Shown here in pieces: positions 1 to 9,639 of a DNA stretch of 64,000 bases. The stretch's first letter is position 1. Every line of letters begins with the position of its first letter. The notes under the pieces are model-generated. The model was not told where the DNA came from and ran no database searches. It worked only from the letters and a program-made list of their open reading frames with translations. The stretch lies in contig DATEOF010000468.1 of assembly GCA_035274465.1 (NCBI GenBank), forward strand, positions 8,044-72,043, in the 5' to 3' direction. Source of the DNA: Polyangiales bacterium (GTDB taxonomy: Bacteria; Myxococcota_A; Polyangia; Polyangiales; JAFGIB01). The position numbers and the translations under genes were made by a program.

Positions 1-1361
1 TCGCGGCGATCGTCTACTTTCAATTCTGGCGTCCGAGTGAGCGCAGCTACGGCGAAGCCAACTGGACGAGCGGAAGCTACGAGGCGATTCGCTGGTTTGG
101 TCGCGAAGTGGAGTTCGATGATACGCGCATCGCGAACCAGACCGTGGTCATCCTGAGCGCGGTGGATCACAGTAGCACGATCTTCTTGCCCTACCTGCGC
201 CGCATGCTGGGGCACCCCATGCCGCACGCCTCGCTGACGCTGACGGCGGCGCCGCAGGCACACGACGTCTACCGGCCTTCCGCCAACGTGCTCGAGCTGA
301 CCACCCTCGGTGGCACGTTCCTCTCGAGCGAGTTCGAGGAGCTGTATCGCGCGCCGCGTTTCAAGATGCGCGAGGGCGAGCTCATCGACATCGGTCCGAT
401 GAAGGTACAGATCGTGCGCTTGATCGACGGCAAGCCGCAGATCGTCCGCTTCACCTTCGAGAAGAACGTGGACGATCCCTCGTACGTGTTCCTGTACGCG
501 ACCGTGGAAGGCTACGTGCGCGTCGCGCTGCCCGAGATCGGCGAGCGAAAACGCTTCCGCCGCGCTGGCTGGCCCTCCGATGTGCACTTGCACGAAGCGG
601 TGCGCGCCGGACGCGACCCCAACATCACGTGTCTCGGGCTGCAGCCGCCGCTCGACGAGTGTCGTCTCGGCCTGTTCTTCGCGGATTGCGGCGGCGAAGG
701 CCCTCCGGTGCTCGCGTGTCGCTTCAACAACGACTGCCGGTGGTTCCTACATCGCTGCGTCGCGGAGGAGTACGAACCGTCGTCCTGCGTGCCCGACAAC
801 CCCTGTTGCATCCGGAACTCTCAGCGCGGCAGCCGAGGTACGTGGCCATTCCCTGCGGAGTCGTTCATGAGCGACGCCGGGTTCGCCGCGGCGCTCTCCG
901 AAGACCTGCAAGGCTGGGGTCGTGCGGGTTGGGACGTGATGAGTCACATGCAGCTGCCCGTGGACATCGAACCCGAGTGGAAGCCACAGATCCCACGCGT
1001 GTTCTGCACCGGCATCCCCGGTGATCAGGGCCCGTGCTCCTTGGGATTCGTCGACTTCGCCAAGGCCAACCCGCGCTCGCTGGCGCTGACGTTCCGCAGC
1101 GTGCGCGCGTTCCCGACCTGGGCGCTCACGCTGGAAGTCATCGACGATCGCGACGGCCAGCTCCGAGCCCGCGTCTGCCGCATCCCCGTTCCGCGGAACG
1201 AAGTCGACGGCGAGTGCGGCGCGAACGCCGAGCCCGAGTGCGCGGTGAGCGGAACGGTCACGCTGCGCGGGTTCCCACTCTATGATGTCCTGTATGCGTC
1301 TCCGAACGGGCGCATTCGCGCGGACTTCGCGGACGGAGGGCACGTGGAGGCGGAGTTCTAG
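1..1361 (+). CDS. Cys-rich hypothetical exported protein, 5'-truncated by window edge
   Basis: Frame 3 is open from nt 3 to TAG 1359-1361, and the track start at GTG 108 is probably internal. GC3 is high. Fourteen Cys are clustered (e.g. ECRLGLFFADCGG, ACRFNNDCRWFLHRC, NPCC). No family recognised. Confidence 0.6.
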   Translation, partial: AAIVYFQFWRPSERSYGEANWTSGSYEAIRWFGREVEFDDTRIANQTVVILSAVDHSSTIFLPYLRRMLGHPMPHASLTLTAAPQAHDVYRPSANVLELTTLGGTFLSSEFEELYRAPRFKMREGELIDIGPMKVQIVRLIDGKPQIVRFTFEKNVDDPSYVFLYATVEGYVRVALPEIGERKRFRRAGWPSDVHLHEAVRAGRDPNITCLGLQPPLDECRLGLFFADCGGEGPPVLACRFNNDCRWFLHRCVAEEYEPSSCVPDNPCCIRNSQRGSRGTWPFPAESFMSDAGFAAALSEDLQGWGRAGWDVMSHMQLPVDIEPEWKPQIPRVFCTGIPGDQGPCSLGFVDFAKANPRSLALTFRSVRAFPTWALTLEVIDDRDGQLRARVCRIPVPRNEVDGECGANAEPECAVSGTVTLRGFPLYDVLYASPNGRIRADFADGGHVEAEF

Positions 1362-1418
1362 GGCAGCCTCGAAAAGATGTGGTCGTTGCGAGGTGCCACA
1401 AGCTAGCGTGGCAGCATC

Positions 1419-1715
1419 ATGAGCGAGCTCATCTTGACCTTGCCGTCTGTATTCTATCCCCGCGTATTCGATGACTGCGGGATTCCCGAGGTAGTTCTGA
1501 ATCAGGTGCTCGAACGCGTGAGCGCGTGGGGACGCGACGCAACGCTCGCAGTGCTACGCGACATGGTGGAGCCGTTCAGGCCGAACGAGCAAGACCACAA
1601 AAGGTACGTGGAAAAGTCAGCGATGCTGAGGGAGCTTCACACCGAGGCAGACTTCGCTTGCTCGTACTTGGAACGGCCGAGATTGCACGCGTGTGCGGAC
1701 GAGACGCTGCACTAG
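1419..1715 (+). CDS. small hypothetical protein (98 aa), doubtful
   Basis: ATG-initiated ORF in a locally lower-GC3 patch between two solid genes. No recognisable motif. Confidence 0.3.
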   Translation: MSELILTLPSVFYPRVFDDCGIPEVVLNQVLERVSAWGRDATLAVLRDMVEPFRPNEQDHKRYVEKSAMLRELHTEADFACSYLERPRLHACADETLH

Positions 1716-1780
1716 TCGAGGTGCAGCAGCTGGCGGACAGCTGCGCCAAGCGCCCTCCGAGCGTCTATAGCAAATCACCC

Positions 1781-1942
1781 ATGGACGAACGCGAGATGGT
1801 CGATGCTTACTACGACATGGCGATCGAACGCTGGCTCAAACGTCTGCAAGACCCAACATGCGACGTCTCACGCGTTGAGATAACAGTTCCGCGGTATGTG
1901 CTGGAGCGAAATGGCTCGGACGCTCGTTTGCGGGAACTTTGA
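1781..1942 (+). CDS. small hypothetical protein (53 aa), doubtful
   Basis: ORF from ATG 1781 (MDEREMVDAYYDMAIERWLK...). Its TGA (1940-1942) overlaps ATG 1942 of the next gene as TGATG. GC3 is atypically low. Confidence 0.25.
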   Translation: MDEREMVDAYYDMAIERWLKRLQDPTCDVSRVEITVPRYVLERNGSDARLREL

Positions 1943-3384
1943 TGCGCGAGACTCGGGTCGTGGCTACGTTCTTCGTGCGCGGCCTGGGACTCGTGTTCGC
2001 GATCGCGTTCGCGTCGCTGCTCGTGCAGGTGGTTGGGCTGTACGGGAAACACGGCATCGTTCCCGCTGCGGACTATCTCGCGCTGGCGCAGGAACGCCTG
2101 GAGAGCCGCGCAGTGCTGCGGGTGCCCTCGTGGCTGTGGTTGTTCGGCGCGAGCGACGCGGCGCTACGCCGAGTGTGCTGGGCGGGGATCGCCTGTTCGC
2201 TGCTGGTCGCGGCGGGGCGCTGGCCGCGCCTGGCGCTGTTCGGCGCGTGGTCTCTGTACCTGTCGTTGTGCGCCGTGGGCCAGCCGTTTCTCTCGTACCA
2301 GTGGGACGCGTTGCTGCTGGAGAGTGGCCTCGTGGGCATGTTCGTCGCAACGCCGGGCTCGCAGATCGGAGTTTGGTTGGCGCGCGCGCTGTGCATCAAG
2401 CTGATGTTGCTGTCGGGGCTCGTGAAGCTGCGATCGGGAGATCCGACCTGGCGCGATCTGACTGCGCTGTCGTTTCACTTCTGGACGCAGCCGTTGCCGA
2501 CCTGGACGGCCGTGCTGGCGGATGCCTTGCCCGACGGGGTGAAGAAGGCAGCCACTGCCGCGACGCTGGCCATCGAGCTGGGCTCGCCGCTGGCGATCGC
2601 GGGGCCGCGGAGGTTGCGACTGGTGGCGGCGGCTGCGCTGGCCGGGTTGCAGCTCGTGATCGCCGCGACCGGGACCTACGGGTTCTTCAACCTCCTCGCG
2701 CTCCTGCTGTGCGCCGCGTTGCTGGATGACGCCGCGCTGCTCGCGCTCTGTCCGGCACGCCTGCGCGCACTGCTTGCGCAGCCGGAACCCACCAGCGCTC
2801 CCGTGAGCTTCGAACGCGCGCGGCGCTCGGTCTTCGTGGGCCTCGCAGCACTGGTGTTCGCTGCCAGCCTCGCGACCGCGCTCGAGCGCGCCGCCCCGCT
2901 GCCCGACGCGGTCGGCGATGCGTTGGGCATGCTGGCGCCGTTGCGCAGCATCAACAGCTACGGCCTGTTCGCGGTGATGACGACCGAGAGGCGCGAGATC
3001 GCGATCGAGGGCAGCGCGGATGGCGTGCACTGGAAACGCTACGAGTTCCCGTGGAAGCCCGGCCCCCTCGATCGCCGACCAACGTTCGCGACCCCGCACA
3101 TGCCGCGCCTCGACTGGCAAATGTGGTTCGCCGCGCTCGGCAGCTGTCAGCGGCAGCCCTGGCTGCACGCCTTCCTCGCGCGCATCCTGGAAGGTCGCCC
3201 GGAGGTCCTGGGCTTGCTCGCCCACGACCCATTCCCCAACGCCCCGCCGCGCTACCTGCGAACACCCGAGGCCCAGTACCGCTTCTCGCACCAACACGGT
3301 CAGTGGTGGGTCCGTGAGCCGATTGAAGACTACTGCCCCGAGGTAGAGCTGCGCGACGGCATGTTGATCCGCGCGCAGCATTGA
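1939..3384 (+). CDS. lipase maturation factor (LMF1/DUF1222)-family polytopic membrane protein
   Basis: N-terminal two-thirds is multi-TM. The C-terminal region reads SINSYGLFAVMTTERREIAIEGSADGVHWKRYEFPWKPG...PHMPRLDWQMWFAALG, which is characteristic of the LMF family. Likely ATG at 1942. Confidence 0.85.
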   Translation: MMRETRVVATFFVRGLGLVFAIAFASLLVQVVGLYGKHGIVPAADYLALAQERLESRAVLRVPSWLWLFGASDAALRRVCWAGIACSLLVAAGRWPRLALFGAWSLYLSLCAVGQPFLSYQWDALLLESGLVGMFVATPGSQIGVWLARALCIKLMLLSGLVKLRSGDPTWRDLTALSFHFWTQPLPTWTAVLADALPDGVKKAATAATLAIELGSPLAIAGPRRLRLVAAAALAGLQLVIAATGTYGFFNLLALLLCAALLDDAALLALCPARLRALLAQPEPTSAPVSFERARRSVFVGLAALVFAASLATALERAAPLPDAVGDALGMLAPLRSINSYGLFAVMTTERREIAIEGSADGVHWKRYEFPWKPGPLDRRPTFATPHMPRLDWQMWFAALGSCQRQPWLHAFLARILEGRPEVLGLLAHDPFPNAPPRYLRTPEAQYRFSHQHGQWWVREPIEDYCPEVELRDGMLIRAQH

Positions 3385-3390
3385 GCGGCG

Positions 3391-4782
3391 TCAAAGCACT
3401 TCCAGGAACTCGAGGAGGTCGTCCTTCTGTTCGGGGCTCAGGGCTTCCTTGCGGCCGCCGGGCTGTTCCGGAGGAAGCGTGGGCAGGCCGAGCGGGGTGA
3501 GGAACGGCAACAGGAAGCGGCTGTATTCGTCGACGACCTCGCGCAGGGTCTCGCGGCTGTTGTCGTGGAAGTACGGCGCGGTCTGGGCGATGCCGCGCAG
3601 TTGCGGGGTGTCGAAGGCTTCGAAGTCGGCCGGGTTGCCGGTGATGGCTGCGCGGCCGGGGTCGGTGGTGAACTGTTGGGGGATGAGGTTCGGGCCCACG
3701 ATCGGGGCGCCATGATCGTCGCGCGCCGGGCGGAGGTCGTGCGGATCTCCGCTCGCGGTCACGGGGACGGGCGGTAGATCCACGATCGCTTCGCTGCGCG
3801 TTGCGTCGCGGTAGAAGCGGAATCGGTAGTGCGGCAGCTCGAGCGATGCGTTGTAGGTCGGCGCGCGCCCGATTTGGCCGACGTACGTCAGCGCGCCGAA
3901 GCCGGCGTTCATGAAGCGCTCGCCCGGTCGCGAGATCCGAACGGGCGCCGGCGGTTGGCCCTCGTAGCGCACATTGCCTTCGGCCGTGAGGGCGGGAGAC
4001 AGGAAGTCGACGATCTCGGGCTTGACGATGCGGTCGGTGGTCGCGCCGCCGTGGCAGGCCTGACAGGCGGCGTTGTAGACCTTGCGCCCGCGTTCCTGTG
4101 CGTCCGTGAGCGGGAAGAAGTCCTCGGGGATCGGGATCTTTGCGTCCGCGACGCCGTAGCTGTGGATCTGTGCGACCAGCTTCCCGCGCGGCGAGGAGAA
4201 GAGTCCGCGCTGAAATTCGGCGATGCTCTCGAGCTCGAAGCTCGCGGCCTTGCGACCCTGGCTGTGGTTGGTGATCGCGCCCTGGGCTTGATGCTCGAGT
4301 GAGTCCTCGCGCCCGTCCATCTGGTAGGGCGCGGTCAGGGCGGTGTCGGCGACGCTCGGCACGCCGCGCCAGACGAAGATGGTCCGGTCGGGCGGGGTGA
4401 TGACCTGGCCTTCGAAGTCGATCACATCCATGTTGTCGGGCAAAGGCAGCACGACCCGTATCAGGCCCTTCTTCAGGTGCTCGAAGCTGAGCTCGCGGGC
4501 TGCTGGATCGTCGGCGTCCAGTCGATCGAACAGCGGATCGTCGGGGTCCTTGCGCAGGCGCTCGAGGACGCTGGCGGGCCGCAGCGTGGTGGCTTCTTCC
4601 AGCACGTGGCAGGTGGCACAGGCACGACCGTTGGTGTGGGGCAGCGGCCGTTCGAACAGCAGCTTGCCCAGGGCGGCGGACGGCTTGTGCAGCGGTTGTT
4701 CCTGGGCGGCGACGCGCGCGGGTTCGTCCGCGCAGCCGGCCGGAAGACAGAGGAGTAGGGCCAATAGGTAGGTTCGAGTCAC
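3391..4782 (-). CDS. di-haem cytochrome c peroxidase / MauG-family lipoprotein
   Basis: Lipobox LCLPAGC. Two CXXCH motifs (CATCH, CQACH) spaced as in CCP/MauG enzymes. 463 aa. Confidence 0.85.
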   Translation of the reverse strand: MTRTYLLALLLCLPAGCADEPARVAAQEQPLHKPSAALGKLLFERPLPHTNGRACATCHVLEEATTLRPASVLERLRKDPDDPLFDRLDADDPAARELSFEHLKKGLIRVVLPLPDNMDVIDFEGQVITPPDRTIFVWRGVPSVADTALTAPYQMDGREDSLEHQAQGAITNHSQGRKAASFELESIAEFQRGLFSSPRGKLVAQIHSYGVADAKIPIPEDFFPLTDAQERGRKVYNAACQACHGGATTDRIVKPEIVDFLSPALTAEGNVRYEGQPPAPVRISRPGERFMNAGFGALTYVGQIGRAPTYNASLELPHYRFRFYRDATRSEAIVDLPPVPVTASGDPHDLRPARDDHGAPIVGPNLIPQQFTTDPGRAAITGNPADFEAFDTPQLRGIAQTAPYFHDNSRETLREVVDEYSRFLLPFLTPLGLPTLPPEQPGGRKEALSPEQKDDLLEFLEVL

Positions 4783-4827
4783 TGGATGTACCTCTCCTCG
4801 AAGCCGTTCCCTGGCGCGGAACTTCGT

Positions 4828-7806
4828 TCAGAGGGGCTGGTACATGCACGTCGACCCGGTCTTCACCGCGGCCGCGAGGTATCTCCCGAGGGCAGGGTCC
4901 AGCGCGGCGATGCGGTCGATCGCGTCTTTCAGGCGGCGCTGGACGTTGATGCGGATGCGTTCGACGTCCGAGGCGGCGCGGCGGTCGCGCCCGCCGAGGC
5001 CCACTGCAGCGGCTAGCTGCTCGGCGATGGCCTCGATCTCTCGTTGGGCGCGCGCGGCGCGCAACGTGTCCGCGAAGCGTTCGGCCTCTGCGACCTCGTC
5101 GCGCAGCGCGGCGATGCGCGCGCCGTAGGCTGCCTTGGCCGCCGGGTCCAACACCGGTCCGGCGTCACCGGCGCGGTGCTCGATCCCGGCGAGCTCGAGC
5201 ACGTGGACCTCGCGGCCCGGGTGTTCCAGCAGGAATTGCAGGTACTGCAGCCCCTTGCCGTGTTTGATGCGGTGGGTGAGCCCCGACGGGGAGCGGATGG
5301 CCCAGACGTCGCCCTCGCGCTGCAACGTGACGCTGCCGCGCGGGGCAGGGGGGGCTGCCGCCGTCGGCTGCAGCAGGTGCGCGCGGCGCTGCCGGCAGCG
5401 TTCGGCCAGCCAGCTCGCGCCGATCTTCTCGCACGCGAGGGCCGCCTGCTCGTAGTGCGCCAGGGCCTCGGGGATGCGGCCGAGCAGGGCCGCCAGGTCG
5501 CCCAGCGCCCGGGCAGAAGGGCCCATGATGGCGCCGGGGCCTGCCGTCCAGAATGCGCGATCGGCGACGCGCAGCGCGTGCGGGTACAGCTGCGCGCCGA
5601 ACGCCGTATCGCCGAGCAACACGCAGGTCTCGGCCGCGGCGTTCAGTTCCCAGAGCAGCGGCAACGCGAGGCCCCGTTCGCTCAAGTCGACCGCGTGTAA
5701 GAGCGCGAGCGCCTCATCGCGCCTCCCCACGCCTGCCAGGTACCACGCGTAGTATGGGCCGGTGCTGGGCGTGGTGCCGATACGATTCGCGAGGCCGTGC
5801 TCGTCCTCCGCGAGCGATGCCGGTTCCTCGCGCAGCTCGGCCAGCGAGACGCGGTGCGTGAGCCACAAGAACCGCGGCCCGGGCGAGCTGTCTCCGTCGA
5901 CGACTGCGCGCGCCTCTCGGTGCATGCGTTCGACCGCTTCGCGATCGTCGCGCAGCGTGGCCATGAGCGCGCACACCGCCAGGTAGCGGACCCGGTGCCC
6001 CGCCTGCCGCGACTCGCCGAGCAGCTCGGTGTATTCGGGCAGCAGCGCCTCCGCGCGCGGAAGGCCGCCGAGCGCGATCAGCAAGGTGAGGTACGGCGGC
6101 AGCACGTGCAGCAGGACCAACGGTTGCCCCAGCGCATGCGCCAGGGTCAGCGACTCCTCGAGTAGCGCGAAGCGCTCTTGCTCGGGCACGAGTAGGCCCA
6201 CCGTCGCGGCGAACTGCAGCACGTACAGCAGCGTGTGGCGATCGCCGAGCCGGCGCGCCATGCGGATCGACTCCTGCATCAGCTCCAGGATGTACGGTGC
6301 GTGCCCGGGATCGGATGGCGGTGTCAGCGCCGCGCACAGCCGCGCGAGCAAGCGCGATCGCAGCGCCGAGTCCCCGGGATCCAGCAGGTCGAGCGCCTGC
6401 TGCAGGAGCGCGATCATCTGTGGGTCGAGCACGCCCGTCGCCAGCTCGGTCGCGTAGACCAGCGCGCAGCGCGCGAGCAAGCGCGAGTCGCCGGTCTCGC
6501 GAGCGCGCGCGGCGACTTCGACGCACAGCGCCTGGCCGGCGGCATTGGCGCCCAGGCGGATCAGGCCTTCGGCTGCGACCACCTGCAGCGCAGCTGCTAG
6601 CTGCGGCGATGTGGCGGTCGCCAGCGCGCGCTGTGCCAGCTTGACCGCATCCTCGAACGCCAGGCGCGAGAGCGCAGCCTCGGCGGCGGCGAGGGCCACC
6701 TCCGCCACGCGTGCGGCTGGTCCCGCCGAGGCTCCTTCGAACAGGTGGTGCGCCGCGCGCTGGGCGTCGCCGCTGTCAGCGGCACGCGTGCCTGCGCGGT
6801 AGTGGAGCTCGGCACGCTGCGAGGGCAAGAGCTCTTGGTACAGGCGGTCGCGGAGCAACACGTGCGAGAAGCGCAAGCGCTGCGCGTCGCCCGTGGCGAC
6901 CACGATGCTGATGTTCGATGCCTCGCCCAGCGCGACGTGAACCTGGTCCCGAGAACGCTCACAGACGGAGGCGAGCTCGTCGCGATCGAATTCGCGGCCG
7001 AGCACTGCGGCAGCCTCGAGCACGCCGCGCGTCTCGGCGGACAAACGCCCGAGCCGCTCGTCCAGCACCGCGTGCAGGCCGTAGGTCCACGAGCTTCGCC
7101 CTTCGCGATCGCCGCCGAGTCGCAGCGCCTCGACCACGAACAGCGGTTGCCCCTCGGTGATGCGATACAGCGCGGCGGCGTGTGCCGCGTCGGCCTGCGG
7201 AGCGACGTCGCGCAGCCAGGTCGCGACGTCTTCGGCCGCGAGCCTCGCCACGGGGAATACCTCGGCCTCGCGCCCGAGCTTGGCCAGCAGTGGAGCGATC
7301 TCCGACGCGCTCGGGACTTCGGCCGAGCGGTACGCTCCGAGCACCCACAACGGTGCGCGCGTCAACTCTCGGCTGAGCAGCAGGAGCAGCAAGAGCGACG
7401 GCGCATCGGCAGCGTGGAGATCGTCCAGCACGATCACCAAGGGCGTGCGTGCCGCGATCGCGAGCAAGCTGCGCACCGCGCGATCGAACGCGGCGAAGCG
7501 CGCCTCCGCGCTGCCCGGACCCAGGTCAGCGACTGCACCCGCGAACGGATCGTCGTCGGTGCCCAGGCTGCGAAATACCTGCATCCACGGCCAATACGCC
7601 GGCGCTCCACCCGCTTCCCAGGAGCGCCCCCAGGCGACGCGCGCGCCGCGGCTCGCGGCTTCCTGCGCGAGCTGCTCCATCAGGCTGGATTTGCCGATGC
7701 CAGGCTCGCCGGTGAACAGCACGAGGTGCCCCTCGCCGGCCAGCGCGCGATCGAGCGAAGCGCGCGCCTTCTCCAGCAAATCCCTGCGGCCGTAGAGGGA
7801 GCTCAC
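4828..7806 (-). CDS. large STAND/AAA ATPase with TPR-like helical repeats and C-terminal regulator-type domain
   Basis: Walker A GEPGIGKS near the N-terminus and Walker B-like VIVLDDLH. Long Ala/Leu-rich helical repeat region. C-terminal GKGLQYLQFLLEHPGREVHVLEL motif is typical of large ATP-dependent transcription regulators. Confidence 0.85.
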   Translation of the reverse strand: MSSLYGRRDLLEKARASLDRALAGEGHLVLFTGEPGIGKSSLMEQLAQEAASRGARVAWGRSWEAGGAPAYWPWMQVFRSLGTDDDPFAGAVADLGPGSAEARFAAFDRAVRSLLAIAARTPLVIVLDDLHAADAPSLLLLLLLSRELTRAPLWVLGAYRSAEVPSASEIAPLLAKLGREAEVFPVARLAAEDVATWLRDVAPQADAAHAAALYRITEGQPLFVVEALRLGGDREGRSSWTYGLHAVLDERLGRLSAETRGVLEAAAVLGREFDRDELASVCERSRDQVHVALGEASNISIVVATGDAQRLRFSHVLLRDRLYQELLPSQRAELHYRAGTRAADSGDAQRAAHHLFEGASAGPAARVAEVALAAAEAALSRLAFEDAVKLAQRALATATSPQLAAALQVVAAEGLIRLGANAAGQALCVEVAARARETGDSRLLARCALVYATELATGVLDPQMIALLQQALDLLDPGDSALRSRLLARLCAALTPPSDPGHAPYILELMQESIRMARRLGDRHTLLYVLQFAATVGLLVPEQERFALLEESLTLAHALGQPLVLLHVLPPYLTLLIALGGLPRAEALLPEYTELLGESRQAGHRVRYLAVCALMATLRDDREAVERMHREARAVVDGDSSPGPRFLWLTHRVSLAELREEPASLAEDEHGLANRIGTTPSTGPYYAWYLAGVGRRDEALALLHAVDLSERGLALPLLWELNAAAETCVLLGDTAFGAQLYPHALRVADRAFWTAGPGAIMGPSARALGDLAALLGRIPEALAHYEQAALACEKIGASWLAERCRQRRAHLLQPTAAAPPAPRGSVTLQREGDVWAIRSPSGLTHRIKHGKGLQYLQFLLEHPGREVHVLELAGIEHRAGDAGPVLDPAAKAAYGARIAALRDEVAEAERFADTLRAARAQREIEAIAEQLAAAVGLGGRDRRAASDVERIRINVQRRLKDAIDRIAALDPALGRYLAAAVKTGSTCMYQPL

Positions 7807-7878
7807 GCCGGCAGGCTACACGAGCCGTGCCCGCGCAGGCCATGGCTCCGGCGCCCACGGTGGACGGCTGCTCACGAG

Positions 7879-9639
7879 CTAGCGCCGGCGCGAAACCAAG
7901 AACCCCCCGAGGATGCGTTCAGGCGCGTATTTTTGCTCGAGGTAAGCATCGAGCAGGCCAGAACCCTGGATCTGCGAAGCGTTGGGCTCTTGCCAGAAAC
8001 ACCGCGGCGCTCGAAGCACAATTCGTGGCTTCGTCCGCTCGAGGTCCGCGATCATCTCCAACTGACCCGGTTCGCCGGTGACCGTGCCTGGATCGAACTG
8101 CATGTAACGTGTCGCGCCGGCTCGCCGAACGACGTAGTAGACGTCGACCGGGTTCACGACGAGGCGTCGGTGGCTCGGGCATCCGACGAAGATGGGCTCA
8201 TCTGGAAGCGTTTCGCGAGCGATGAACGCTGCGAGTTGCTGGCGACCAGCAGCAAAATAGACCGAATCGCCACGTTGCTTCCAGAGTTGCTGGAGCATCG
8301 CGCGGTTCGCAAGGGTCGGAGGCACGACGAGCCATGGGACGAGGACGAGCAGCAGCACGGGCAGCGTGAAGCGTCGACCCAGTAGGGCAAATAGTACTGG
8401 CACCATGAGGGGAACGCCGTATCCCACGTGCACGATGTCGATGCGCTGGAGCGCTTGCGGCAGAGTTGCGAGCGCGAATCCACAGAGCAGCAGCGTGATG
8501 CGCGAGCTGCGGTCGATCACCGGAGCGGACAACAAACGCAGAGGCAGCAACAACAGCGTGGCGAACGTCGCCACCGCCGCGATCAAGAGGGCCACTCTCA
8601 GGTGGTTCGAGAGCGCCGTCGGTATGGGGATCCCGAGCAGGGACGCATCCACGAAACCTCCGAACCGAGGTAGTGGCAGCCTGCGGGCGGGCATGGTGAG
8701 GCGAGCCTGGTCGAGCACGATGTCGTGCACGATGCGCGAGAACCCGGACGCGATCAGATGCGGAGTCCAGAGGACGAGTGCCGTCGCCGTGGCGGATGCC
8801 GCTATGAGGCCGAGCTGACGAGGCGAGTCGAACAGCAGCAGGCGCCGGTGCACCAGCCACCATAGCGTTTCGACCATCGCGAACAGCGCCACCGCACCAA
8901 GTAGCAAATCGTGGCGAACGTACGAGATCACGCCGAGGAGGACGCCGCTCGATACCGAACGCCACAGCGTGACGCCGGGTCGCGACCAGATCACGGTGCC
9001 GGCCAACACCGCAAACACGCCCAGCGTGTAGGCGGACACGACGAGCTGCATATCGGATTGCACGAGCAGCACTACCGAGACGGTGGCCAGACAAAGCTTC
9101 TCCTGGCGTGCACGCCCGGCGAGCCATCCCGCGAGCAGCGCGCTTCCGATACGCACGAACAGGGCGAATAGGCGCGAGCTCCAGATCGGTGAATCCAGCA
9201 GACTGAGCAAGCGCACGAACTGCAGGATTCCCGGCGGGTAATTGACGTAGAAGTCGCGATAGATCTCGCGACCTCGGTTCATCAAGAACGCGTCCGTGAA
9301 GAGCAGCCCCTCGTCGTACGTGTTGAGCGTCTCCAGTCCGCGGGTCAGCGCCGCGTACCCGCCAAACGCGCCGCACACCAGGAGCAGCAATACAGGCTGA
9401 CGGTGACCAACGCTCGCCCAGCTCACCCAGCGTCCGTAGAGTTCCTTCAACGCGGTCGGCGCCAAGGGATGCTCGCGCGGTTCCTGTTCGGAAGGCTGCA
9501 GCGTCATCCGGACGTGCAGACAATCATCAGGTGTCCAGCCAGCTTTGTCATCGCGGAAGGCGCCATAAAATGGATTCCGAGCCGAGCCATCGATATGCTC
9601 TGGCCACAGAGGGGTCCATTTGCGATACTCGATCTGCAC
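7879..9639 (-). CDS. GT-C fold (PMT/ArnT-like) membrane glycosyltransferase with C-terminal soluble domain
   Basis: Ten or more hydrophobic segments. Acidic YDEGLLF motif in the first loop, as in GT-C enzymes. About 190 aa of non-membrane C-terminus. The 5' end overlaps divergent gene 9620+, so ATG 9507 is a plausible true start. Confidence 0.7.
   Translation of the reverse strand: MQIEYRKWTPLWPEHIDGSARNPFYGAFRDDKAGWTPDDCLHVRMTLQPSEQEPREHPLAPTALKELYGRWVSWASVGHRQPVLLLLVCGAFGGYAALTRGLETLNTYDEGLLFTDAFLMNRGREIYRDFYVNYPPGILQFVRLLSLLDSPIWSSRLFALFVRIGSALLAGWLAGRARQEKLCLATVSVVLLVQSDMQLVVSAYTLGVFAVLAGTVIWSRPGVTLWRSVSSGVLLGVISYVRHDLLLGAVALFAMVETLWWLVHRRLLLFDSPRQLGLIAASATATALVLWTPHLIASGFSRIVHDIVLDQARLTMPARRLPLPRFGGFVDASLLGIPIPTALSNHLRVALLIAAVATFATLLLLPLRLLSAPVIDRSSRITLLLCGFALATLPQALQRIDIVHVGYGVPLMVPVLFALLGRRFTLPVLLLVLVPWLVVPPTLANRAMLQQLWKQRGDSVYFAAGRQQLAAFIARETLPDEPIFVGCPSHRRLVVNPVDVYYVVRRAGATRYMQFDPGTVTGEPGQLEMIADLERTKPRIVLRAPRCFWQEPNASQIQGSGLLDAYLEQKYAPERILGGFLVSRRR

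Noticed and set aside
4767-4785. GGTTCGAGTC, a tRNA T-arm-like string.
   Set aside because: It lies at the 5' end of the peroxidase CDS (encoding MTRTYLL on the minus strand). No acceptor, D or anticodon arms can be built around it.
2951-4849. 632-aa minus-strand ORF, the longest in this region.
   Set aside because: It is extremely Arg/Pro/Ala-rich with no motifs. It lies in an alternative frame over the well-supported di-haem peroxidase gene and the end of the LMF1-like gene, which is a typical high-GC shadow ORF.
6745-8385. 546-aa plus-strand ORF antisense to the STAND ATPase and GT-C genes.
   Set aside because: Arg/Ala/Glu-rich low-information sequence. The opposite strand carries clear Walker motifs and TM segments.
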